From: a virus
DNA: 64,000 nucleotides
Reading direction: 5' to 3' (one strand)
IMG/VR virus record: IMGVR_UViG_3300032397_000001
Positions 9,630 to 20,031 of this stretch are shown piece by piece. Within the stretch, counting starts at the first letter, position 1. Each line of letters opens with the position of its first letter. Below the pieces are notes generated by a model. That model ran no database searches and was not told where the DNA came from. It was given only the letters and a program-made list of their open reading frames with translations. Position numbers and translations under genes: made by a program.

Positions 9630-10424
9630 ATGAAATTTCAACCTGTTTTCATTAATGCTACTACTATAGATGATGGGTGGCATCAGATATTGATCAATCT
9701 TAATCGATTTGGTCGGGCTTATACCATTACTGATGGATCGCATGCTGGTGAAGATCGCTTGGTGTTTGACCATGTATCTGGTTTCATTCATTATCCACAT
9801 AACCGGCCTTTAGCTGTACAAATGCCTGAAGGACTAGGTTTAGATCCTCCCACGACTGAGGAAGTTATTGAGGAGTATTTTACGGATTATCTTATGAATC
9901 CAACTCTTGGCTCTAATGAAGAGTATAAGTATGCTTCGTGGGTTATCGGAGGTAATGATATCTGTCCAACACCTCAATTAAATTGGGTAATTAGACATTT
10001 CCGAGAAGTAGGTTATGGTAATGAACATTGTACTATACGAATTGGAAATCATGACAGCAACTTAGCTTATGACAGATTCTTCTTCCGCTGTCCAAAATGT
10101 AAGTCGTATTACCCTCGAGGTTCTATTTGTGTTCTTTGTCGTATACCTACAGAACCCGATGAGACTAAAAGAGGAACTTCTCCTTGCTTAGTTGCCTTGG
10201 ATTTCCGAATGATTGAAGGGTTTCTTTCGACTCATGTAATATATAGATCGTGGGACGCTTTCGGAGGCTGGCCAACAAACATTGCGGGTTTTACTTTACT
10301 TAATGAATTTGTTGCAGGTCTGTTGGGAGTTCAACCTGGGCCATTGAGTTTTAGTTGTAAATCATTACACATTTATAGTCATCATTTGAAAATTTTATTA
10401 AGGAGGCTCCATAAAGAATCCTAA
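9630..10424 (+). CDS. thyA: Thymidylate synthase-like protein (short archaeal-type ThyA) with Zn-ribbon insertion
   Basis: SPCL catalytic Cys, YRSWD...PTN and SLHIY motifs; CPKC...CVLC insertion before the active-site loop. Confidence 0.8.
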   Translation: MKFQPVFINATTIDDGWHQILINLNRFGRAYTITDGSHAGEDRLVFDHVSGFIHYPHNRPLAVQMPEGLGLDPPTTEEVIEEYFTDYLMNPTLGSNEEYKYASWVIGGNDICPTPQLNWVIRHFREVGYGNEHCTIRIGNHDSNLAYDRFFFRCPKCKSYYPRGSICVLCRIPTEPDETKRGTSPCLVALDFRMIEGFLSTHVIYRSWDAFGGWPTNIAGFTLLNEFVAGLLGVQPGPLSFSCKSLHIYSHHLKILLRRLHKES

Positions 10425-10432
10425 ATTACCCC

Positions 10433-10461
10433 TTGAAAAAACTTAAGAAGTTTTATATAAT
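10433..10461 (+). promoter_or_regulatory. Sigma70-type promoter
   Basis: TTGAAA (10433-38), 17-nt spacer, TATAAT (10456-61) in an AT-rich intergenic gap. Confidence 0.7.
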
Positions 10462-10513
10462 AGAATAAAAAGATATTTTTGTTATTCGTTTGTGTTTCTG
10501 ATTTGGGTGCATT

Positions 10514-11560
10514 ATGCGAAGACGGAGAAAGTTTTTTTGTACCACTGGTCGAGTTCATGGAATTCAAAAGCCCAAGTTCCGCGGTGCTTCTACTATTTGG
10601 TATAGTATAATAAGGGCTTTCAAAGATAAAACACATTCAGAACTTATGACTCAAGATTTATTTGATTTCTATGTGACTCGCGAGTATTCGAAGTACAGTG
10701 TTGTCGAATTTAATTCTTATCGTTGGACAGATGATGGTTTTACCTTCTTTTGTGGTCAGTGGATTGTTTCTAGATGCTTAGTCACTGTTGTTCCTTTAGT
10801 TTTTGGTTCTAATCCCTCTCTATATGAAATCACTCCATACGTCGAAAATCAATTGCACTTCTTTGAACCTCAAAAATTTACTGTCAACGTTTTGGATCCT
10901 CTTCATCTAGATGATATACTTCGTCAGCTTGTTGTTAAGATGAACATAAATGTTTCTTATGCGAAAGCTCGTAGTACTTCTTCTTCTCGAGGCTTTGAAA
11001 CATCTTATGTATTATGTTACGGCAAATTTAGTAGTTATTATGTTATTCACCATAAGGATTTATGGGCTACTACTTTCACGAAGGATTTGACTGCCCTTGT
11101 AGGTGACATTGGTAAAACATTTAGAGTTCTAGTTGAATTAGATAATTCAGTGTTGGGGCGGTTATTGTTAGATTCGCCTTTGTTAGGATCTCAAATTAAT
11201 GATCCTCCTTGTACAGTAGTTTCTATTGGTAGTAGTACAAGGCAGTGGATGGAAGTAATTGATTCTAGTAATCGTTGTCAGAATGCTTCATGGAGTCAAG
11301 TGCAAACTGGTAAAGATAATGGACTCTTCGAAAAAGTTTTAAGAATTGCACACAGAAAATGTAAAAGTTTTCGTTTCGGTGATATAGTTAGTATTAGGCA
11401 TGCTGAAAAGTCTAGTACAGGAGGAGCAACTTATGCATATTATTTTCTGAATATCAAGTTTAAGGATTTTAGTCGCTTGTCTTTTCTTCTTCAGGTTTGT
11501 GGTTGTTATTCGAGAGTGATAAATGATATGGTTAAGGTAGTTTTGGAATACGCAGAGTAG
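10514..11560 (+). CDS. Hypothetical protein
   Basis: 348-aa ORF downstream of the promoter; no motif recognised; start uncertain. Confidence 0.6.
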   Translation: MRRRRKFFCTTGRVHGIQKPKFRGASTIWYSIIRAFKDKTHSELMTQDLFDFYVTREYSKYSVVEFNSYRWTDDGFTFFCGQWIVSRCLVTVVPLVFGSNPSLYEITPYVENQLHFFEPQKFTVNVLDPLHLDDILRQLVVKMNINVSYAKARSTSSSRGFETSYVLCYGKFSSYYVIHHKDLWATTFTKDLTALVGDIGKTFRVLVELDNSVLGRLLLDSPLLGSQINDPPCTVVSIGSSTRQWMEVIDSSNRCQNASWSQVQTGKDNGLFEKVLRIAHRKCKSFRFGDIVSIRHAEKSSTGGATYAYYFLNIKFKDFSRLSFLLQVCGCYSRVINDMVKVVLEYAE

Positions 11561-11571
11561 GGAGGTATGTT

Positions 11572-12756
11572 ATGCCTGATTCTCCAATGACAGTTTCAAA
11601 GATTAATGCAAAGCCTATTCATGAGGTTTTAGAGTATGTCGAGGCAATGATCAAACTCTGGGTAGCAGGAGCTGATGTAGCTATTCCTTATCTGGTAGGT
11701 ACTCCAGGTATAGCCAAAACATCGCTCCTGCTTCAAATGTGTCAAAGGAATGATTGGAATCTTTTACATTTGCATTTTATTCGTCCTATCGAAGAAATTT
11801 CAGGGATGCCTGACTTCAAGGATATTGAAATTAATGAGATACTTTATCGAGGGACAATGTGGAGACTCCCTGAAGTGCTAACAGAATTATATAAGATCGC
11901 TGGCAACGGAAAGACTACAGTTTGGTTCTTGGATGATTATCATTTAGCATCTCCTGCTCATCTACATCTCTCGTATGAAATGTTTTCACAAGATCGCAAG
12001 CTTCGGGGTTACGAGATTCCTAAGAATGTGGGATTCGTATTAGCAGGTAATGATAGTTCGAAAGCAGGAGCAAAGTCTCAGTTTTCAGCGGTTATGAATA
12101 GGTGTGCAAAGTTTCCAGTGACTTTAGATTTTGATTTCTGGAAGAATACTTATGCATATGAACATGGAGTTAACCAAAAGGTAGTCTCATTTCTTTCTCA
12201 TGCAAGTTACAAGCAATGGTTTTGTGGAGAAGAGAAAGTAGATCGCCCTTGGCCTTCTCCTAGAAGTTGGACTCGATTCGCTCGGATGTTGTCGATCATC
12301 GAAGCGAATCGAAAGAATCCTTCTCATGAAGAAGTTTTGTATTTAGGCAGTTCACATTTAGGTGAAGAGGGTGCAAGTGACTTTACTGGGTATTACAAGA
12401 TTTATTCAAAGATAGACATGGCTGGTGTTTATAATGGTAAGATCGATATTCTGATTCCCGATGAAATGGTCAATCGATATGTTTATGTCATCGCTGCAAC
12501 TCTGGAATTAGTAGACCGTGCTGCTAAGCAACAATCTATAGTATTGGTTGCAAGAGCATTGGATACTTATAGCCGAATTCTAGGTGAGATGACAAAGGTT
12601 AGTTCAGAGCTTGCAATTGTAGGATTAAAGGAAATTGTCATTTTGGAGAAATCACTGCAAATCAAAAAACTGTTTCAAGCAGTTATGGCTGCGATTAAGA
12701 AGATTTGTAGTGATAGTGTTTACCAGCAAATAATTGAAGATGTGAGATACACATGA
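11572..12756 (+). CDS. MoxR-like AAA+ ATPase
   Basis: Walker A GTPGIAKT, Walker B FLDD, LAGN, NR, PSPRSW; strong GGAGG RBS. Confidence 0.85.
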   Translation: MPDSPMTVSKINAKPIHEVLEYVEAMIKLWVAGADVAIPYLVGTPGIAKTSLLLQMCQRNDWNLLHLHFIRPIEEISGMPDFKDIEINEILYRGTMWRLPEVLTELYKIAGNGKTTVWFLDDYHLASPAHLHLSYEMFSQDRKLRGYEIPKNVGFVLAGNDSSKAGAKSQFSAVMNRCAKFPVTLDFDFWKNTYAYEHGVNQKVVSFLSHASYKQWFCGEEKVDRPWPSPRSWTRFARMLSIIEANRKNPSHEEVLYLGSSHLGEEGASDFTGYYKIYSKIDMAGVYNGKIDILIPDEMVNRYVYVIAATLELVDRAAKQQSIVLVARALDTYSRILGEMTKVSSELAIVGLKEIVILEKSLQIKKLFQAVMAAIKKICSDSVYQQIIEDVRYT

Positions 12757-14000
12757 TTCACGAAACGTTACGTAGATCTATCCTAAAGATTTTGACTGCT
12801 GACTCTTTACGATTCTGGGGCCTTATTCTGTACAATTTAGAATTTAAAGTGGCGGAAGATGATCCTTTAACTCCTACAATGACTATTTATTATGACCGCG
12901 GGTGGTACTGCCGATATAATCCAGATTTCGTGAATGGAAAAAGTGAAACCGAAATGGTTTATATAGTCATTCATGAATTGGTTCATATGCTTAATGGTCA
13001 TTGCTTTAGATGTAGTGAAGAATATGTTTGGTATATTTGGGCTATCGCGATAGATCATGTAGTTAATGTTGCATTAGATCATGATATGGATTGTGGGTAT
13101 TTGAAGAGTATCTCAAAACCCCAAGACAGGACGATTTTTGAGGAGATTAAAGATAAAAATTGGACAGCGGAGCAAGTTTATAAATGGTTGGTGGAGAATG
13201 CAAAGGTAATTTTTCTTCCTCCTACTATGGTTGTGGTTGAAGTAGGTGATAAGCATTATCAATTTCCGATAGATATGATTGTATGTAGTGCAACCTTGGA
13301 ATCATTGAAGGCTTTGCGTGATTTAGTTTCTCAGGCTCGGGCTCATATCAATTCAGATAGAAGTAGAGGTTTACTTAGGGGATTCCTTAGAGAATTGTTA
13401 TCTGATCTGATAGATGTGGTGATTCCTCCTGAAGTTATTTTGGAGGATGCAATTAAGAATATGTTGTCAATTTCGGATAACCGAAGTTGGCGCAGTGTAA
13501 ACAAAAGATTGTTTGCACATGGCATTCTAGCTCCTGCTGATGATACTGAACTTTTGATGGCAGACGTCGTTTGTTTAGTCGATCATTCTGGGTCAATATC
13601 TAAAGAGGAAGCAAAAGCATTTTCAGGGGCAATAAGAAATTGCGCGCATCTGTTCAAACGTTTACACATCGTCAAACATGATGCTGCAGTTGACAAAGAC
13701 GGGGGAGTTACCATCCTAGATAGGGATGAGGTTTATCGATCCGGAACTTTGTTTGAGATGATTGGTCGAGGAGGTACAAGTCATAAAGAACCTTTTGATT
13801 ATTGTCAGCAGTTATGCAATCAGGGAGAAGAGATTAGTCTGGTTCTAGTATTTACAGACTGGGCAAGTGATATTCCTGCTATTTGGGATAAGTATACTTG
13901 GCACACAGAATTTCCTGTTCTCAATATAATTCCTAAAGGTAAAAGTTGGCTTGTCCCTGATAGATTTGGAAAGAAATATGAATTGTTTAAGGGGAAATAA
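12753..14000 (+). CDS. Metallopeptidase-like + vWA domain protein (DUF2201-type), MoxR partner
   Basis: HELVH (HExxH), MIDAS DHSGS, GRGGT, VFTD. Confidence 0.85.
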   Translation: MIHETLRRSILKILTADSLRFWGLILYNLEFKVAEDDPLTPTMTIYYDRGWYCRYNPDFVNGKSETEMVYIVIHELVHMLNGHCFRCSEEYVWYIWAIAIDHVVNVALDHDMDCGYLKSISKPQDRTIFEEIKDKNWTAEQVYKWLVENAKVIFLPPTMVVVEVGDKHYQFPIDMIVCSATLESLKALRDLVSQARAHINSDRSRGLLRGFLRELLSDLIDVVIPPEVILEDAIKNMLSISDNRSWRSVNKRLFAHGILAPADDTELLMADVVCLVDHSGSISKEEAKAFSGAIRNCAHLFKRLHIVKHDAAVDKDGGVTILDRDEVYRSGTLFEMIGRGGTSHKEPFDYCQQLCNQGEEISLVLVFTDWASDIPAIWDKYTWHTEFPVLNIIPKGKSWLVPDRFGKKYELFKGK

Positions 14001-16639
14001 TGAGTGATCTTGTTCGAATATATGAGCCAATTATCAGTAGACTAGGAAAGTATTTATCTGCAAAACATTACTCTAGTGTGGATGAAATCGCGCATGCTTT
14101 GCGATGGATGTATAATGATCATCTCCCCACAAAACAGCCTGTGATGGCTTTGTTGGGAGAAGCTCCCTCAGATGATGAATTCCAATTAGGATTTCCCTTT
14201 GTAGGTCCTGCAGGAGTAGTTCTTGAGGCTGGCTTAGAGTTTTCTAATTTCCCTCGTGATAACTGTTTTATCACAAACGTTTTTCCTTTTGAAAAGCCAG
14301 ATGAGTACAGATGGAAAGTAGGGGATTCTGATGTTGTTTCGTCATATATAAGAGATAAACTAAAAGACTTTCCTGTAATTACCTGTTTAGGTAAACCCGC
14401 GGTTCGAATATATTCAGATTCTCAAGAAAGTATTATTGACGCTAGTGGTAGCTGCTTTGAAGTTAATGGGCAGAAAATTATACCCTCAATTCATCCAGCA
14501 TACGCGTTGAAGGCTTTTATTTCTGATACAGGGGGTGACGAAAGCGTTTTTTGGTATTTAGTTCTCGCACTGCGAAACGCTAAGGGTATATTAAATGGTG
14601 AAGATGTTTTCGAATCTACAACAAATCATAAGGCAGGTTTAATCCTTGATAAGAATGATATGATTTCATGGTTTGGGTCTGTTCCTGATAAAGCTTTTGT
14701 TTCTCTAGACTATGAAGCAACACATACTAATCCTTATTTATCCTCGTTGCCTTTATGTGGTGGTTTGAGTTATGATGGTGTGAATAGCGTTTCGATGGCA
14801 TTCAATCCATGGTTTCCTGATTCAAACATTTCGTTTTCTGACTTCTTAAAGGTAGTTGCGGAGTGTAATCATTTACAGTTTATAATGCACAATCTCTTGT
14901 ATGATTATTCTCTTATGTACCGCTTTGGATATCGAGGGAATCCTCCTGCTGCAGACACGATGTATTTAGCTCACCTTGGATTCGAGTTCATGCCTAAAAA
15001 TCTCAAATTCCTTTCGTCTTTCTTTTGTAAGATTAAACCTTATTCATTTTCATTCAAGAATTTGGAGCCTTTCATACGTAAAGGGCCTGAACTTTATGAG
15101 GATTACAAGTATTGGTTAATTCGTCTTTTGAAATATAATGGTGTTGATGCTATAGCAACACGTCTTTTACTTGATGCGATTCCACGTTTCTTAGGTTTAG
15201 ATTGGCCTCGTGTTCAGAAGTTGTATAATGAATATATGCATCGATTGTTATTGAAGTTAAGGAAAGTTCAAGAGAATGGAATGATTTTGAATCTCAGTGT
15301 GAGAGAGGAAATTCATGATCAATTAAAGAGTGAGATGTCTCAGTCTGAGCATGGTTTCAAATCATATATGCCTGGTGTTGACAATCTAAGATCTTCTGAT
15401 CAGGTAGCTGATGCGTTCAAAGGGATTCTAGAAGATCAGTATCCGAGTTTAATTAGAAAGACTGAGAAGGGAAATCTTTCATTAACGGCGGGAGTGCTTA
15501 AAGCTCTTGCTGAGCAAGGAATTCAGCCTGCAGATCAGTTATTACATTATAGGAAGACATGTAAGCTTTTATCAACTTATATTGATAGTTATCCTGAGTA
15601 TCTTGATTCAGAAGGTTTGATTCACACTCAATTTGCATTAACTAAAACGTCTCGCTTGCGTTCTTCAGATCCTGCCCTTCAGACTCTTCCACGACAATCC
15701 GCTGTTTTGCAATTGTTTACTGCAGATGTTGGGATACCTCCTTATGAACATGTTCTTGTAAAGGGTGATTATTCTGGAGCTGAAGCTCGAGAGTTAGCTT
15801 ATTTCTGTGGTATTCAAGAGTTATTAGACCCTACTGTTGATATTCATGTTCTTACGGCTACAATATTTTTTGAAATTTCTAAAGAGCAAGTGACGCCGGA
15901 GAAAAGGCAAACAACTAAAAACTTGACATTCGGTGTTATTTATGGTGCGTCTGCTCCTCGGGTAGCTGTGCTTGTATTTGGAAGTGCAAGTCGTGAGAAT
16001 ATATCTAAAGCTCGTGATTTGATAGAAGCTTATTTTAAGAGGTTTTATCAGATTCCACAATTTATGCGTAATAGGGAGAATGATATCGCACGACTTGGAT
16101 ATGTTGAGACACCAATGGGTCTCCGACGTCATTTCCCTGTAGAGTGTATGATATTCCAAATTACTTTAGATGAAAAGCGAATGGTTGGTGCATTAGGTAG
16201 ACGATTTGGTAATAGAATGTACTCAAAGGCAAAACGTGAAGGATATAATTGTTTCCCTCAGACTGGAGTTGCGTATACGACAAATGTTTCCTTGTGTAAC
16301 CTAGATGACGCCTTTGAGGCGAAGGAGTGGAATGATAGACCTAAACCTACTGTCAACTTACAAATACATGACGCGCTGATATCAAGAATGCATCAGTCAG
16401 TTTTTATTGATGCTTTTGAGATAAAGAAGAATGAAATGTTAAGACCAATTATAGGGGACTTGGTCATCCCCGTAGATTTTTCGATAGGGTGGGATTTGCG
16501 TAATCAGGTAAAGATTATTTCAGCTGAAGAAAGTGTTCAACCTATTGATTGGGATAAGATTTTAGGCCGTTTAAGAGATTCCAAGAGAACAGATCTTTAT
16601 GACTTTGCATTACATGCAAAGTCTTTCAAGGAGGTTTAG
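14000..16639 (+). CDS. polA: Family A DNA polymerase with N-terminal uracil-DNA-glycosylase-like domain (SPO1-like architecture)
   Basis: UDG4-like GEAP..DE...GFPFVGPAG and HPAY; exonuclease DYE/HNLLYD/YNGVD; motif A DYSGAEAR, B RQTTKNLTFGVIYG, C QIHDA. Confidence 0.92.
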   Translation: MSDLVRIYEPIISRLGKYLSAKHYSSVDEIAHALRWMYNDHLPTKQPVMALLGEAPSDDEFQLGFPFVGPAGVVLEAGLEFSNFPRDNCFITNVFPFEKPDEYRWKVGDSDVVSSYIRDKLKDFPVITCLGKPAVRIYSDSQESIIDASGSCFEVNGQKIIPSIHPAYALKAFISDTGGDESVFWYLVLALRNAKGILNGEDVFESTTNHKAGLILDKNDMISWFGSVPDKAFVSLDYEATHTNPYLSSLPLCGGLSYDGVNSVSMAFNPWFPDSNISFSDFLKVVAECNHLQFIMHNLLYDYSLMYRFGYRGNPPAADTMYLAHLGFEFMPKNLKFLSSFFCKIKPYSFSFKNLEPFIRKGPELYEDYKYWLIRLLKYNGVDAIATRLLLDAIPRFLGLDWPRVQKLYNEYMHRLLLKLRKVQENGMILNLSVREEIHDQLKSEMSQSEHGFKSYMPGVDNLRSSDQVADAFKGILEDQYPSLIRKTEKGNLSLTAGVLKALAEQGIQPADQLLHYRKTCKLLSTYIDSYPEYLDSEGLIHTQFALTKTSRLRSSDPALQTLPRQSAVLQLFTADVGIPPYEHVLVKGDYSGAEARELAYFCGIQELLDPTVDIHVLTATIFFEISKEQVTPEKRQTTKNLTFGVIYGASAPRVAVLVFGSASRENISKARDLIEAYFKRFYQIPQFMRNRENDIARLGYVETPMGLRRHFPVECMIFQITLDEKRMVGALGRRFGNRMYSKAKREGYNCFPQTGVAYTTNVSLCNLDDAFEAKEWNDRPKPTVNLQIHDALISRMHQSVFIDAFEIKKNEMLRPIIGDLVIPVDFSIGWDLRNQVKIISAEESVQPIDWDKILGRLRDSKRTDLYDFALHAKSFKEV

Positions 16640-16992
16640 TGGAAAAGAAAAGAGTTCTTGTAAGATATGGAGAGTGTTTAAGGTGTGGTCAGTGCTGTCG
16701 TTTAGTTGAACTGGTTACTGCTGATGTAATAAATAAGGAGAAAGTTCAAGGTAATCTGAATTTACAACACTTTCTTAAACAAGAAGTTGCGCAATCAGTT
16801 CATTGTGTTCATTTGTGTTTTGATCCTTCGACAAAGTTAGTATCTTGTGGGTTGTTTGATAAACCCAATCGTCCACAATTTTGTATCGATCATCCAAGTA
16901 GTCCAGCATCTCTGACGAAGAGTTGTATAGGATATAAGTTTGAGTATGAGTGGTTAACTGATGAGGAGATTGCAAAACTGAAGCCCAATTAA
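16639..16992 (+). CDS. YkgJ-like (CxxCxxCC) cysteine-cluster protein
   Basis: CLRCGQCC...CVHL...C...RPQFC.DHP. Confidence 0.75.
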   Translation: MEKKRVLVRYGECLRCGQCCRLVELVTADVINKEKVQGNLNLQHFLKQEVAQSVHCVHLCFDPSTKLVSCGLFDKPNRPQFCIDHPSSPASLTKSCIGYKFEYEWLTDEEIAKLKPN

Positions 16993-16996
16993 TATT

Positions 16997-18085
16997 ATGT
17001 CTTGGACGAAAATCAGTTTAAAAACATCTAATAGGTTAGAGGTTTGGGAGTTGCCAATGTCTAGAGTACTGGGAGTACCAGATAATCCGCATATTGTTTA
17101 TGAGTATAAAGATAAAAATGTAAGTGTGTCGTCTCCTGAATTCTTTATTGGCACTTTCAGGGGTGTATTATGTTTTGGTTGTAAGCTTGAAGGACATTTG
17201 TGGTCTGTAGATTTTTTCTTATCGGAATTTCAGTCAAGTGTGAAGAGTTTACAGAATCGTTTCCGAAGAAAGATTTGTTCAGATCTTAATAATGATAATT
17301 ATGACTTAGAGTTGAAACAAGTTTGTTGTCTTACCGATGACTTGCGATTAAGGAGCGGCAATTCAAATAATGTAATGACATTCGATCGAGCGAGAATGTC
17401 TTTATTTGTGCAGTTGACTAATCATGCAGCTCTTTTTAATTTCTTGTGTACTTTCAGGATGCATTATATATCTTGGCGTAAAATGATTGATGAGATTATG
17501 AATGTGACCGTGACAATTAGTAAGGAATTAGATAGAACTGAAGGAGCAGCTTTAAAATTCTTTCAGTTCTTTGCTTCAGGAGGTAACTGTGAATTCAAAC
17601 AGTTAGGAGGGGTTTCTCCTTGGTTTGGTTTGAGAGACGCGAAATCTCTTTTGACATTTTTGAATGTGTATTCACAAAATCGGAAATTATTTCAGGAGTA
17701 TCAGGATCTTGATCATTCCAATTTTGTCAATTCTAAGGAATTCAAGGATTGGAAAAGAATATTATCTTTAGCTCAAATAGCTCGGGTTTCAAATTATAAG
17801 TTACAAGGGATTACTGTGTCAGCTGCTCGTATGCCCCATTCGACTGTGTCAATCAATAATAATTTACCTGCTTCGACTGATTGTCATGAAAATTGGTGGT
17901 TGCAATTTAAGATTGCAGGAGCCCTTTGCATTTATATTTATTTCAAAAATGATGAATTACAACCAGAACAATTTGTTCAGCCTAGTGCTTTACGTGCGGT
18001 TTGTTTCCCGCTGTTCTACTTGAAGGTAACTCATCAGTTAGATAAATTTGTAACTTCGTTAATGTCAAGGAAGTTAACAGGATGA
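16997..18085 (+). CDS. Hypothetical protein
   Basis: 362-aa ORF; no motif recognised. Confidence 0.65.
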   Translation: MSWTKISLKTSNRLEVWELPMSRVLGVPDNPHIVYEYKDKNVSVSSPEFFIGTFRGVLCFGCKLEGHLWSVDFFLSEFQSSVKSLQNRFRRKICSDLNNDNYDLELKQVCCLTDDLRLRSGNSNNVMTFDRARMSLFVQLTNHAALFNFLCTFRMHYISWRKMIDEIMNVTVTISKELDRTEGAALKFFQFFASGGNCEFKQLGGVSPWFGLRDAKSLLTFLNVYSQNRKLFQEYQDLDHSNFVNSKEFKDWKRILSLAQIARVSNYKLQGITVSAARMPHSTVSINNNLPASTDCHENWWLQFKIAGALCIYIYFKNDELQPEQFVQPSALRAVCFPLFYLKVTHQLDKFVTSLMSRKLTG

Positions 18086-18318
18086 GTTATTTAGAGTTTG
18101 ATTTAATGTCGTACTGTTTACGTATGAAAGGTAAATGGTGGGCTAATCATTTCTTTCGTAATAGGGAAGCAAACACCTTTTATAATCATCTGCGTGTGCA
18201 GGACTTAGGTACTGTGATTGAGATTTTAGGATGTGGTTGCCCTAATTATCAAATTCATATTGATGGTTACTTTGGGTATATGTGTTCAGAACTTTACCCG
18301 CATAGGAGTATTCAATGA
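18082..18318 (+). CDS. Hypothetical protein
   Basis: ATGA overlaps on both sides. Confidence 0.55.
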   Translation: MSYLEFDLMSYCLRMKGKWWANHFFRNREANTFYNHLRVQDLGTVIEILGCGCPNYQIHIDGYFGYMCSELYPHRSIQ

Positions 18319-18872
18319 TGGGAACTTGTGTAGCAAGACATTTTAGTTTCTGTGCGAGCCATAGACTTTTTCTCTGTGTAGACAAAAATCATCCTTGTAG
18401 TCACTTGCATGGGCATAATTATGAAGGTGAAGTAATTGTGTCTGCCCGTCGTGCATATGATGGGATGTTTATTGACTTTAGTACTCTGAAAGAAAGGATT
18501 TCAAATCTTGAGCAGACTTTTGATCATTGTACTATTGTGAATGAGTCGGATCCTTTTGTAAAAGTTCTCACTGAATATAAAATGAAGAAAGTTGTTCTTC
18601 GTCATGGAGATCCTACTGTAGAGCATATGACTACAGTTTGGGCTGAAATGCTTACGAGACAAATTTTATATTACTTTATGAATGTAAACCGGCTAGATCG
18701 AATTGCTGATCTCAAATCTGTTACTGTCAAAATGGATGAGACCCGTAACTGTTGGGGTTCTTACGAACATGTTATAGAAGATTTAGTATTAATACAACCA
18801 AATAAATATAGCGATTCTCAGATTAAGGCAAGTATCTGTACAATCAACTCGAGATCGGAATTTTCAACGTGA
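18315..18872 (+). CDS. queD: 6-carboxytetrahydropterin synthase
   Basis: FCASHRL, C.HLHGHNY, IDF, FDH, PTVE and ET motifs. Confidence 0.92.
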   Translation: MMGTCVARHFSFCASHRLFLCVDKNHPCSHLHGHNYEGEVIVSARRAYDGMFIDFSTLKERISNLEQTFDHCTIVNESDPFVKVLTEYKMKKVVLRHGDPTVEHMTTVWAEMLTRQILYYFMNVNRLDRIADLKSVTVKMDETRNCWGSYEHVIEDLVLIQPNKYSDSQIKASICTINSRSEFST

Positions 18873-19396
18873 GATCATTTTTATCTATCTATTCTCAGGA
18901 AGTTCCTGTCTTGATCAAGCGCTCTGATACTAGAGTTCGGCCAAGAGTGTTAGTATTTAAGCTAGGGTATAGAATTCCTGAGGGTGAAAAGATTAAGTTG
19001 AAATGGTCTCGTCATCTGGAAACGTTTAATGATAATTTGTTTGTGGACGCAAGAGATCCTATCAAGCATAATCCTTTTGATCCGTATAAGAAGGTTGTCA
19101 AGTTGCCAGATTTTAGAGATAGTAATTGTGCTCTACATATCATCTTAACATTTGAAACTCAATTCAAGGAAGAGTTTGAGAAGCATGTGATGTTCTGTAC
19201 TGTGGAAGGTTTTGAAGAAACGTTTATGCTTCTTACGAGTACTTCAGCACGTGCAGCTGACGCATTGTTGGCGCTGCGAACTCTAGATCGAAGGACCGAA
19301 AAAGAGGTTTTGAAAGAAGCGGAATATTCAACTGAGCATACTTTAAACGTTGAGGCTGCTAAGGCGTCTCAAATAATCAAAAGAGGAAAGTCGTGA
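18869..19396 (+). CDS. Hypothetical protein
   Basis: 175-aa ORF with GTGA overlaps. Confidence 0.6.
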   Translation: MRSFLSIYSQEVPVLIKRSDTRVRPRVLVFKLGYRIPEGEKIKLKWSRHLETFNDNLFVDARDPIKHNPFDPYKKVVKLPDFRDSNCALHIILTFETQFKEEFEKHVMFCTVEGFEETFMLLTSTSARAADALLALRTLDRRTEKEVLKEAEYSTEHTLNVEAAKASQIIKRGKS

Positions 19397-20031
19397 GCAG
19401 AATAGTTTCTGTTCGTATTCATGGGACAGTTGATTATGAAGGTGAGATTCCGAAGAAGGAGATTCATGATTGGGTTAATACTTGCCCCTTTCCTTGGGTG
19501 GGTGTATCTGTGGAAATGGAAAAGCGGATGAAGCACCCAACACAAAAGGGATCTAGTTTTGAAAGACAATTTTGTAGGGCATTATCTCTGTGGGTATCTA
19601 AAGGTGTTGATGAAAATATTTATTGGAGGACTTCAGGGTCTGGGGGTTGGGCAACGCGTAAGCGTGCAAAAATTCAGTTAGGAGATATTACTTGCTACCC
19701 CGAGAAAGTAGAACTTGGGGGCTGGCTTCTAGAGTTAGCTGTTTTTGAATTGAAGTGTCGAGATATAGCAATTGGAGAGCTGTTTACCAAACCGTTTATG
19801 TTTATGGAAGAGTTAATTCACAAACTAAAATGTTCTGAGGAGGCGACAAGGATTCCATTAGTTGTTATGAAGTCGGAAGGAGCAATGCTTACGTTATCTC
19901 TTACTCGATTAGTTGAAACTCTCGGAGTTCGATTTTATAACTTCGATAATACGTTTGCTTTATTTGACTTCCGTGAGGTATTCACGAAAATTGATCCAAT
20001 GCACGCTAGAGTCGCTTGGACTCTAATATAG
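19393..20031 (+). CDS. Holliday-junction resolvase (PD-(D/E)xK, Hjc-like)
   Basis: KGSSFER...LSLW...WRTSGSGG...GDI...FELK. Confidence 0.8.
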   Translation: MSRIVSVRIHGTVDYEGEIPKKEIHDWVNTCPFPWVGVSVEMEKRMKHPTQKGSSFERQFCRALSLWVSKGVDENIYWRTSGSGGWATRKRAKIQLGDITCYPEKVELGGWLLELAVFELKCRDIAIGELFTKPFMFMEELIHKLKCSEEATRIPLVVMKSEGAMLTLSLTRLVETLGVRFYNFDNTFALFDFREVFTKIDPMHARVAWTLI

